From Takakia lepidozioides (lineage: Eukaryota > Plantae > Bryophyta), in assembly GCA_030704615.1 (NCBI GenBank), contig CM060733.1, forward strand, positions 8,122,001 through 8,186,000: a DNA stretch of 64,000 bases, read 5' to 3'. Shown here piece by piece: positions 25,737 to 37,500 of the stretch (the first letter of the stretch is position 1; the number at the start of each line of letters is the position of its first letter). The notes below the pieces were generated by a model that saw only the letters and a program-made list of their open reading frames with translations, was not told the origin of the DNA and did no database searches. The position numbers were made by a program, and so were the translations under genes.

Positions 25737-28700
25737 TGAGTAATACTATGACAAGTAATATGAACTTGATATACATGAATAATATTATGTATACGTGAAT
25801 GTGTTTTGTTTTGTTTTGTTTCCAATGACTTTAGCTTAGCTAGAAAAATTTTAGATTATGTAAGTTTAAGAATGTAATTTAAATAGGTTGGTATTGTTGC
25901 GGATGTTGATATCTCATCTAATATAGTAACAAAAATATATATCATATTTTAGTGTAATAAGCTATAAAAAGTACACAAAAAATGAGTTTAGAAGTGTCGT
26001 TATTTCAGTGGGGATAATATTACATTGGATGTTGATATTTCATATATATTAACAAAAAAATATTGTACATTTTCATATATTGAGCCATACAAATCTGAAA
26101 ACTTGTGCAAAAATGGGTTTATCTCAGTGTCATTGACGTGGGCTAATGCTACAGCACATGTTGATATTTCATATATTTTAGCAAAAGTATATAGCACATT
26201 CTCATAAATCTGACCGTACGCATCTATAAACTATTGTAAAATGGTTTAAGTGTGTTAGTGTTACACTACATGACATATTAACACAACGTATTACAATTTT
26301 TTTTTACATTTTGCCATACACATATGAAAAAAAAATGAGTTGATTAGTGTCATTTATAACTAGGCTAATATTACATTTGATGTTGATATTTCATACATAT
26401 TGACAAAAGCCAATGGGACCTAATTTTAGTCGGATATCAAATGTACATCTTAAGTTCAGATTGCATACAAATGGATGACTCATATAAGCCATACAGTGGT
26501 GTCAAAATGTGCAAGAGTACATGTGTTACATGTGACACAATTTTTGTCAATATTTAACGACCATGTATACAATCTTACATAATGTCACTTTCATAGCTAA
26601 GTTAAACGTCATTTGAAAACAAAACAAAACTCGTTGAATGATACATAAACAAGATATAAAAAAAAACTTTTGTTTATAAGATTACTCGTATATATATCAA
26701 GTTCATACTGAATAATCATTGGTCATATTACTCATCATAATTTACTCATAAATATCAATTTTATTAACAAAATATATTACTGATATTTCACAATGAAAGA
26801 ATATAATTGATTATGTACAGATTCTATATGTCATTTTTTTTTTTTGTCTCATTATATTTTCAATACTTATTTTATATTCATGTATTCATCAAATGTTGAC
26901 ATTATAATTTACTACGTGAGCACACTACAATTATATTTCTACATACTTTCATATAACTAAGATATTGTGCATTTAATAGTCACTATATGGCTTAGCCATA
27001 TGTCTTATATAGTCACTATATGTCTCATTTTTTGTCAATACTTAATAAAAGTTTGTTTCATAAGATAAATTAACATCTGATAAGAGTTGTGGGACCTTTA
27101 TAATTTGACAAGTAGTGAGGGCTGTGATGCAAAGCTCACAGATACAAACTTGTGTCTATTTTTGTTTGTTTGACTATGGTGGAAGTGGTATGGGTGTTTT
27201 GCTTGGTGGAAGTGGTCTGGTTCCCATAGCTTCTTTGGAATGTAGTGATGTCAAATTCTACATTGCAGATCTTGCATGTTGAAGCTAAACTCTTAGTTGC
27301 CATTGGGTAATCTATCATGACATTGATTGTGAAGTCTCCCGAACTGATGGGAAGATAATTTAAAGATTTTTCTTCTCAGCTCATTGGTCTTTTTTACCAA
27401 GTATGCCGGGGTAGAGCAAGACAAGGCAGCCAAGGAAATGACATATAAAATCTGTACATAATCAATTACATTCTTTCATTGAAATATCAGTAATATATTT
27501 TGTTAATGAAATTGATATTAGTATAAACTTACAATAATTTTTTATATCTTGTTTATGTATCATTCAACGAGTTTTGTTTTGTTTTCACACAACGTTTAAC
27601 TTAGCTATGAAAGTGACATTATGTTTTGGTGTATAAGATTGTATACATGTTCATTAAATATTGACAAAAAATGTGTCACTAGTATCCATCCATTTGTATG
27701 CAATCTGAACTTAAGATGTATATTTGATATCCGACTAAAATTCTTGTCACTTGTTGTGGTTATAGGAAACCAATGACAAATTTCGAAATAGACATTTACC
27801 TATCTGGATATGTCAAGTCTTTCATACTCGTGAAGGGGTTTTGTCAGAAACTTGAATGGCATGCAGACCGAGGTGAATGTATTGACCACTGCTGACAATG
27901 AGCCTACAACACCCTGCATGGAGCCACAAACCGTACCCACAGTCACCCCAACGGCACCGAAATGGACAAATTCCCTGTACATCGTCGAGGTAGCTTTAGC
28001 ATGGAGCAGCATCGTGAAGAAAATGACTCAATTGGAGCGTGTTGCACAATACGCTCTAATCCGCTTCAACTCGACCGATGTGCTCCAGGGATGCATTATG
28101 AGGGAGGTGGATACTTTGGAATTGTTTGTGTTAAGTCATGCAACTTTATTCACTTCTACATCTTGTCTTGTGATTTACAAATCTTGAGTTATTGGTGCAT
28201 GTTATTGGATTTGCAGCTATCTCCATGATGGAGTAGAACTCAGACTTGATGTCCACGATAGTGACCTTGCATCCCAAAGTCTTCAAGTTCTTGCATAAGC
28301 TAATGAGGCTTGAAGCTTTGGCATACTTCTTCAACCAACGTGAGCCACTTACATCATTAACCCGAATCTGTACCACTTTGTAAGCTTGGAATTGTTGTGC
28401 GCGTGGCGTCTGACCGACACCACTTTGTGGTTCTACAATTCGTGCACATGCGTTGTTACATCAACCTCCAATGTAATACTATGCAAAAAGTGAGTTTAGA
28501 CTTTAGAAGTGCCATTATTTAAGTATTACACTAAAATATGTTATATATATATATTTTATATTAGATGAGATGTCAACATCCGCAACAATACCAACCTATT
28601 TAAATTACTTTCTTAAACTTACACAATCTAAAATCTCTCCAGCTAAGCTAAAGTCATTGGAAAAAAAAAAACAAATACATGACCAAGATATAATAATATT

Positions 28701-28991
28701 ATTCATGTATACCAAGTTCATTTATTTTATTTTTATTTTTATTTTTAAAAGGGAAACACCTGGGAGCGACAGCTCACAAATCAGGCCCCTTGATAGAGGA
28801 GAAAATAACCTCTCAATAACCTCGTTGTAAGGCTTTCCGATGCAACACTGCGCAGGGAAGGGGGAGAAGAGCGTACCACACCCGTCAAGTAGCAAGATTT
28901 GACCCCAAGGTCATCCGGATGGCACTCAACGCACTTTACCAACTGAGCTACTGACTGTTGGTATTCATATTACTTGTCATAGTATTACTCA
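25737..28991. mobile_element. Foldback-like AT-rich element with long nested inverted repeats
   Basis: 25737-~25960 is the reverse complement of ~28520-28991 (the latter interrupted by a SINE). 26422-26823 is the reverse complement of ~27450-27742. No clear TSD. Confidence 0.7.
28747..28962 (-). mobile_element. tRNA-derived SINE inserted in the foldback right arm
   Basis: Reverse complement ACCAACAGTCAGTAGCTCAGTTGGTAAAGTGCG..GGGGTCAAATCTTGCTAC.. with the same 3' end as 171-391. The A-rich tail extends to ~28722. The sequence is absent from the left arm and TTCAT is duplicated on both sides. Confidence 0.8.
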
Positions 28992-29451
28992 CTAGGGCTT
29001 CGCGTTGCTCCGCACTACTAGCGACGAATTCTGAGAACTACATATAATTTTTCACAAAAATAGAGCTCATTCCCACGGTGTTACATGCAGAGATCCCGTG
29101 TTTTGTTTTTTCCTGGAAGAAAAATGGCGGATCTGCATTTCAACATTCAATTTTCACAAGCCGCATCAATCTATAACAACATACCCAAATACCCTTATAT
29201 TCACTGTATGAACTTTCAATCATCCACCATGGGATTGGATGTTGGTGGGTTAAGGCTAGCTTTTGACAATATTCATGCAAGTTCATCAAGGGCTCCATCC
29301 AAAGCCACACCACGAGAAACAAACAAACATGTCCAAATTTAAGATGCTGAACAAACTTGTGCACAGGGCTGCCCCTCTCATCAAGCTCATTAAAATTCGT
29401 ATTCACTTCCATCTTCAAGCTTTGGAGAAGCTCCACCACCCAAACCCAAAA

Positions 29452-32222
29452 TTATAGCAACACATAAGTCGCAGCATCTTGTTCATCCCACTTGAGGATA
29501 GATGTTGCCACACATTCAGCCATCTCCACATTGTCATGGATTCTGCAGGCACCAAGCAAGGCCTTCCACACCACAACATCTGGATTGATTCGCATTTTAT
29601 TAATCAGGTACCTTGCCTCATGTAGTTGTCCCGCACGTCCAGAAGGTCCACCATATATGCAGCCAAAGTGCTTTACTGGCAGGGTGGCACCATGATGTTG
29701 ACTCAGGGAATCAAAGTAGTGTCTTCCTTCATTCAATAGGCCAGTGTGGCTGCATACAGAGAGAACACATATAAAGGTGATACTGTCCAGCTTCAAGCCA
29801 TTCTTTTGCATTCCTTCAAATAGTTGCAGGACCTCCCTATGACAACCATGTTGGGCATATCCTGCGATCATCGGATTCCACGACACCACATTTCATTCAG
29901 CCACATTGTCAAATACTCCCTTTGCATCCTCAATGCACCCACATTTCGCATACATGTCCACCAGGGCAGTGTCCAGAATGACATTTGGTACAATTTCAGC
30001 TTTGATGATGTCACCATGCACCATTGCTCTTTTCGGGCTGCCAGGCTTGCACAAGCATTGCAAACGCACACAAACGTAATATGGTCGCACTTCACCCCTT
30101 ACCCATCATTTGCTCATAGGTCTCCAAGGCCTCCATTCCGCGCCCTTGCTGTGCATATCCTGCAAGCATGGCATTCCATGATACCAAATCTCGTTCAGCC
30201 ATACTGTTGAACACTTCATCCGCATCTTTGATGCACCCACATTTGGCATACATGTCCACGAGGGTATTGTTCATAATCACATCTGGTACAATTCCAGCTT
30301 TGGCGATGCAACCATGCACCTCTTTGTCCTTTTCCAGGGCTGCCAGGCTTGCACACGAACTGCAAACGCACACAAACGTGATGTGGCTTCACCTCTTCCC
30401 CCATCATTTGCTCATAGGTCTCCAAAGCCTCCATCCCACGCCCCTGCTGTGCATACCCCTGCAAGCATCGCGTTCCACGACACCACATCTCGTTCAGCCA
30501 TGGTGTTGAAATTAACTTTCTTCGTATCCTTAATGCACCCACATTTGGCATACATGTCCACCAGGGCAGTGTTCAGGATGACATCAGGTACAATTCTAGC
30601 TTTGGCGATATCACCACGGACCTCTTTCCCCTTTTCCAGAGCTCCCAGGCTTGCACACGCATTGCAAACACAAACAAATGTGATGTGGTTGGGCTTCGCC
30701 CCTTCGCGCAACATTTGCTCCTAGATCTCCAAAGCCTCCATCCCGCACCTTTGCTGTGCATATCTTGCAATCATCGCACTCCGCGACACAACATCTCGTT
30801 CAGCCATACTGTCGAACACTCCCTTCATACATGTCCACAAGGGTATTGTTCTGAATGACATTTTGTACAATTGTAGGTCTGACTATGCACCTACATTTGG
30901 CATACCTGTCCACCAGGGCAGTGTTCAGAATGACATCTGGTACAATTCCAGCTTTGACGATGTCACCACATACCTCTTTCCCCTTTTCCAGAGCTCCCAG
31001 GCTTGCATACGCATTGCAAACACAAACAAATGTGATGTGGTTGGGCTTCACCCCTTCGCGCAACATTTGCTCCTAGATCTCCAAAGCCTCCATCCCGCAC
31101 CCTTGCTGTGCATATCCTGCAATCATCGCACTCCACGACACAACATCTCGTTCAGCCATACTGTCGAACACTCCCTTCATACATGTCCATAAGGGTATTG
31201 TTCTGAATGACATTTTGTACAATTGTAGGTCTGACTATGCACCTACATTTGGCATACCTGTCCGCCAGGGCAGTGTTCAGAATGACATCTGGTACAATTC
31301 CAGCTTTGACGATGTCACCATGGACCTCTTTCCCCTTTTCCAGAGCTCCCAGGCTTGCACACGCATTGCAAACACAAACAAATGTGATGTGGTTGGGCTT
31401 CGCCCCTTCGCGCAACATTTGCTCCTAGATCTCCAAAGCCTCCATCCCGCACCCTTGCTGTGCATATCCTGCAATCATCGCACTCCACGACACCACATCT
31501 GGTTCAGCCATACTGTCGAACACTCCCTTCATACATGTCCACAAGGGTATTGTTCTGAATGATATTTTGTACAATTGCAGGTCTGAAAATGCACCCACAT
31601 TTGGCATACATGTCCACCAGGACAGTGTTCAGAATGACATCTGGTACAATTCCAGCTTTGACGATGTCACCACGGACCTCTTTGCCCTCTTCCAGGCTGC
31701 CAGGCTTCACCCCTTCCCCCATCATTTGCTCATAGGTCTCCAAAGCCTCCATCCCGCGCCCTTGTTGTGGATACCCTGCAGTCATTGCACTCCACGACAC
31801 CAAATCTCGTTCAGCCATACTGTCAAACACTCCCTCCGCATCTTCGATGCACCCACATTTTACATACATGTCCACGAGGGTATTGTTGACAATCACATCT
31901 GGTACTATTCCTGGTTTTGCGATGCAACCATGCACCTCTTTGCCCTTTTCTAGGGCTTCCAGGCTTGCAAACGCACAGATGTGATGTGGTCGGGCTTCAC
32001 CCCTTCCACCATCATTTGTTCATAGGTCTCCAAGCCTCCATCCCGCGCCCGTGCTGTGCATACCCTGCAAGCATCACGTTCCACAACACCACATTTCATT
32101 CAGCCATATTATTGAACACTGCCTTTGCATCCTCGATACCCTGCAAGCATGACATTCCATGACACCAAATCTCGGTCAGCCATACTGTTGAACACTCCCT
32201 GCGCATCCTCAATGCTCCCAAC
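29452..32222 (-). pseudogene. PLS-class PPR protein with E domain, frameshifted and tandemly amplified
   Basis: Repeated ILNTALVDMYAKCGCIEDA..VF..MAERDVVSWNAMLAGYAQQGRG.EAL..PNHITFVCVCNACASL. The end reads FICVLSVCSHTGLLNEGRHYFDS..GRAGQLHEA..VVWKALLGACRIHDNVEMA..ATYVLL*. Many frameshifts; no DYW domain visible. Confidence 0.9.
30540..31610. repeat. ~3 near-identical tandem 352-bp units within the PPR pseudogene
   Basis: Equivalent ORF boundaries are spaced 352 bp apart (30714, 31066, 31418; 30800, 31152, 31504). Confidence 0.85.
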
Positions 32223-33159
32223 ATATAGGATCTGAATTAAAACTGGAGCACGGACCTGCCGCAGTAAGACGTTGTTGTCTTCTCCTTCGAGAAAAATATG
32301 TGCAGTGCTTTTGCTACCTTTTCCTAGTGAAGAGTATTATTGTTACCAAGTGAAACAGCCAAGTGCATAAAAAGGCCAGTGTCAATCATTTCATGTCCAA
32401 GATGAAAAAAACGTACATTAACCCTATTTTAACTAATTCTGGACTTTTGGCTTAAATCCGGCCAAACTTAATATGTATTTGAATTAAAATTAATTCAAAA
32501 TTTGTTAATAATATCTTGGATAGTAATGTGTGATTGAACTTTGTGAAATTACAAGTGATGTCATACTTGCTTCAAAATGTAACATATAAGATGTTCATTT
32601 GACATTGAAGTGCTTGTGAAGTTGTAGTGTAACTCAACAATTCATTGAACGTCGACTGGGAAGTCGAATGATGTAATATTACATTATGTTACAATCACGA
32701 TAAACAAATGTGTCGAATCGAACATGGAATAGACTCATAGTACTCTACCATACTTGATATAAGTTGATAGTAATTTTGATTGAATCTTCATGTTGACAAG
32801 CACAATATTCATAGACAATGCCATTGGAATGATGTTTTGGGTGTGAGAAGGGCAGTAAAATATTAAAATAGCGTGAACATTAGGAAGATGACCTACTAGG
32901 GCAATAAAATAAGGTTTGGGGTGTAACTAAATATATTAAGTGCAATAAGGTCCAAGTTTGTGGTGACTCGGAGAAGGGTTTAGGGTTTTAAAGGGTTTAG
33001 GATAGAAATAGAGAAACAAATATGGACGACTCTAAACCTCTGTAGAATGTAAAAATGTAAGGGGAATTTGATATCCATGTAATCATTCTATCATACGTTA
33101 TCCAACTTGAAAATTAAAGAAAACATTAAGAGAATGATACAAATTTTCCAAGAGGTAAC

Positions 33160-34090
33160 ATGGTAGTACAATAAGGTTTGGAGTTTATTATAAGTAGGGT
33201 ACTACACTAAGGTTTTTGGTATATGGTAAAAGTAATGGTTTAGGGTGCTAAGGGTCATGCTTAAGCTTGGGGTAAGGATTATTAAGGGAAGGGTAAGGGT
33301 TTAGGGTTTGGATTTAGGGTAGAAAGGGACAAACAAATATGGAAGACTCACACATGATAGTACAATAACTTGGTTTGGAGTGTAAGTAGGATAGTACACT
33401 AACCTGGTTTTTGGTATATGGTAAGAGTACTAATGGTTTAGGGTAGTAAGTGTCAGGCTTAAGCTTAGGGTAAGGATTAAGGCCAGGGTAAAGAAATGGG
33501 TAAGGATTTAGGGTTTGGATTTAGGGTAGTTCAAAGGGACAAACAAATATAAAAGACTCACACATGGTAGTACAATAACTTGGTTTGGAGTGTAAGTAGG
33601 GTAGTACACTAACCTGGTTTTTGGTATATGGTAAAAGTACTAATGGTTTAGGGTAGTAAGTGTCAGGCTTAAGCTTAGGGTAAGGATTAAGGCCAGGGTA
33701 AAGGAATGGATAAGGATTTAGGGTTTGGATTTAGGGTAGTTCAAAGGGACAAACAAATATAGAAGACTCACACATGGTAGTACAATAACTTGGTTTGGAG
33801 TGTAAGTAGGGTAGTACACTAACCTGGTTTTTGGTATATGATAAGAGTAATGGTTTAAGGTAGTAAGTGTCAGGCTTAATCTTAGGGTAAGGATTAAGGC
33901 CAAGGTAAGGGTTTAGGGTTTGGATTTATGGGAGTACACAAAGGTTTTTGGTATATGGTAAGAGTAATAGTTTAGGGTACTAAGTGTCCAGCTTAAGCCT
34001 ATGGAAGGGTTAAGGGAAGGGTAAAACGAAGGGTAAGGATTTAGAGGTGATGGTAAAGGTATAAACGGACAAACAAATATAGAAGACTTG
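33160..34090. repeat. 210-bp tandem repeat rich in degenerate TTTAGGG motifs
   Basis: TACAATAACTTGGTTTGGAGTGTAAGTAGG at 33361, 33571 and 33781 (period 210), plus diverged flanking copies. Confidence 0.9.
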
Positions 34091-34461
34091 CACTCACTAG
34101 AACGAGACATTGCAAAAAAACATTTAGACCGGATTGGAAAAGAAAGAATCCAGGGGTTGTGCCAGCATTTTTTTTTTTGGTGCATTGTCTGTTTTGTAAG
34201 CCAGAATCCCCCATGTCACGAATATATGTAGATGAACAGAATGTACAGCAGTGTAAAGTCCAACACAGCAGAAAGAAAATAGATGAACGTCCACTGCCCA
34301 CTCGAGGTTCATTGCGACAGAAAAAGAAGACAAGAAAGATCACCCAACGCAAACACGAAGGGAAAGAAGTGTAAATAAATTTTTATATCTTAAAATGAAA
34401 GACCGGAAATAACCTCAACATTTAGTCCATGGATGGAAAATGGTTCGCAAGAAGAAAACTT

Positions 34462-35330
34462 TCAGGTATCTGGCTGAAGGTTAGCAACCTCCAAATTCGC
34501 GCGCGCCTTTACTGCTTCCACCGCTGTAATTCTCTTGGTGCTATTTCTTGTCGTATTTTTTCGTGGCGGCATTGTCCACACGACATTGTTCACGTGGATC
34601 CATTGAGCAGGATCTGACGGGTTGTACTCCTAAACTTTTGACCAACAGTCCCTGTACCTCTCAAAGTCTGAGGGGTTACCTCCTTTCTTCGGTCTCCACC
34701 ACTCCACCTTCACTTTCTTAAAATTAGGATCTTTCATTTCTCAGATGACATCTGAAATTGTCATTCCCATCCAGACCGGGCACGTCGTTGGGTCATGAGG
34801 GCGAACGAGCACAAAAAACCCTTTCTCAATATCCTTGAACGGATTTAAGGGTATCCTTGGACGCTCACACCTAGGGCCATAGTAAGGTTCTGGAACTTCA
34901 TCCTCATCTTCCATATGTTCCAGTATATGTGGCTGGATGTCATCCCTCCGATGGTTTGAGGACCAATTTGTTTTCGGCCAAAATCCCTCAAGAAGCTGAA
35001 TACGATCCGGAATGTCCTGCATTGGCTTATCAAGTTCGGCGAGAATATTTCCCCAGTATTGGTCATATTGTTCCATCACACCCCGGTAATGATCGTCAAG
35101 CAACATTCCTTTGGTCCAAAAATCTCTGTATTTCTTAATACCATTTTTTATGAATGACTGTTTTTCTGAGGAGTCGTCCCCGACTCCCCATATCGGTCTT
35201 CTTGGAATGGCATCTGGGTCTCCTTCAAGGAGATATGGAGTCCCATCAGGATTGGACTTCCACATCTTAACGCTGGAGTTTGTAGGAAGCCACTCCGAAT
35301 CAGTAGCTGACTTCTTGTACTTCAACGTGG
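34462..35330 (-). pseudogene. C-terminal part of the Sola-like transposase, separated by a CACTA insertion
   Basis: TLKYKKSATDSEWLP.. continues the reading broken at VFRFFKD (40531). It ends in FFVLVRPHD..PVWMG..KVKVEWWRP..RDCW with in-frame stops. Confidence 0.65.
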
Positions 35331-35749
35331 ATAATAAGAAGTAAAAACATTTAACTATTTTTTCACTGACCCAACACATTAATAGTAAACTAATCGTATG
35401 CTAGTTAAGGTTAGTGAAACAAAACAACTGAATTATCTGAACGAATGATAAACAAACGCCTTGCTGGCAGCTGTTGGATGAACGTATGAAATATAATTTG
35501 TGTGCACTGGATGAACGTATGAATGAACGATAAAGCAAACGCCTTGCTGGCAACTATTGGATGAACGGAAAATTAAATGGATGGATGGATAGATTGATGG
35601 AAAACCCAAAATCCATCCATCTACGATACATTCATCCAAATAATTCAAAATGGATTTAGGGTTGCGGGATTGCGTTCAGCGATGAGTAAATTATGGGACT
35701 TGATCGTTTTGCTTTGTTTGCGTGGGAGGATCTGCAGGATATGCATAGC

Positions 35750-37500
35750 TTGGGTGGACAACCGCAATCGCAAGGTGTGGCTTTTCTTAATGTACGATGT
35801 GAACATGTTTGTCCATCCTGCAAATGTGGGCTCTTAGTACCATGATTTGGTATTCTTCCTGATGTTTACAACGTTCTTGGGAGAGTCGGCTTGGTCTTAG
35901 CAGGCCGTGTTTCAATCTCCGCCCGCTCAGCTGCATCGTGGTGGTTCTCGCAGACCAATCCGACATTACCTGACTACAGACACAAGCAGCACACACAAGA
36001 GGTGGTCAGTCAAATCCTTGATGGGTCATGACACAAGGTCGAGGACAATGTGGTGAGGGCATCTTCTTCGACGTCTTTCAGCCTGTTTTGCCCGCTCATC
36101 AGACTCGGCCTTGAATTTGCAGCACGGAGCAGAGCAGACATGAGTTTTTTAAAGATCCTTCACGATGGTGCGGCAACCGCAATCGCAAGGTGTGGCATTT
36201 TCTTAATGTACGATGTGAAGAAGTTTGTCCATCATGTAAATGTGGGCTGTTAGCTCCTGTTGGTATTCTTCCTGATGTTTACAAGGTTCTTGGGAGAGAG
36301 CTTGGTCTTAGCAGGCCGTGTTTCAATCTCTGCTCAGCTGCACCGTGGTGGTTCTCACAAACCAATCCGACAGTTCCTGACGATGGACACAAGCAGCACA
36401 CACAAGACGATCTTTGGGTTGATGGTCTGTCAAATCCTCCATGGGTCATGACACAAGGTCAAGGTCGACAATGTGGTGAGGGCACCTTCTTCTTCAACCT
36501 ATTTCTGCCTGTTTTACCCTCTCATCGGACTCGGCCTTGAGATGCATATTGAATTCTGTAAGTAAGCTCGTTGGGTGGATCTGTGGTGGTTAGGAGTGAC
36601 TTTGACAAGTTACTGCCGATGTGGCAGCAGGAAAGTATCGAAAAACAGATAACATAGATTAGCAGAAGCTCGTTGGTGGATCTATGGTGGTTTTGGAGTG
36701 ATTTTGACATGTCACTGTAGGTAGGGTTAGGGCGTCAGTGTCAGCTGCTTCAGCTGCTAGCTGCAGCAAGGCAAGGATGTGTGCATGATTTGTGCAGAGG
36801 TCTGGATAGCTGAAGGAGCAGGGATAGAGTGTGGGTCCAGATTCATCCAAGAGGGCCGAATTTCAAGCTCCAGATTACCTATGATTCCCTGTGGAAGGAT
36901 AGCTACACGAAACCTGCATGGGTAGATGGTGAACTGGAAGCCACAGCACCAGCGGCTCAATTGATAAAATCAGGCACTGCTAATGAAGGTACCTTCTTCA
37001 ACAGATTTCACCCTGTTTTTCCCTCTTATCAGAATTGGCCCTAAATTTTCATGTTGAATTCTGATACTTTTCTGACCCCAGGCAATGGCGGGACAATCGA
37101 GGCAAAAAGGTGAATGCTTGTTGGATTACAAAGAGTAGCAGATGCAATTGACCATAGGAATTAGTGTGATAAGTTGAGTTAGGTGTTTCCTAGAACAAAT
37201 CTAGGCTGTCATTGTCAGATGCTAGCAGCAAGGCAAGGATGCAGTATGCATGATTTGTGTAGAGGCATGGATAGCTGAAGGAGTAGGGATAGAGTGTGGG
37301 TCCAGGTTCATCCAAGAGGGCTGGACTTCAAGCTCCAGATTACCTATGATTCCATGTATCAATAGCTACAAGAAACCTGCATGGGTAGATGGTCAAGTAA
37401 AGGTAGCAGCTGCAGCGGCACAGTTGATAAAATCAAGCACCTCAACCATGACCACAGCTCTGAAAGAGGATCAAGAGAGGGAGTCCACAATGCCTCTTCT
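35750..37500 (+). pseudogene. OSB-type PDF-motif (organellar ssDNA-binding) exons, several degenerate copies
   Basis: EFFKDPSRWCGNRNRK|gt..|TNPTVPDDGHKQHTQDDLWVDGLSNPPWV and YFSDPRQWRDNRGKK|gt..ag|(I/V)HPRGP(N/D)FKLQITYDSLWKDSYTKPAWVDG match the PDF consensus P..WWDNR..K..P..PDFK(H)K....LW......P.WV. Confidence 0.75.

Noticed and set aside
29140-29439. Possible DYW deaminase domain after the PPR E domain (HEYCQKLAL resembles HSEKLA)
   Set aside because: No PG box, CxxC or terminal DYW-type motif could be read. The resemblance is probably chance.
32417-32440. TTAA-CCCT as a piggyBac/Sola-type left terminus of the giant element
   Set aside because: No matching opposite terminus in the window, and the motif is too short to support.
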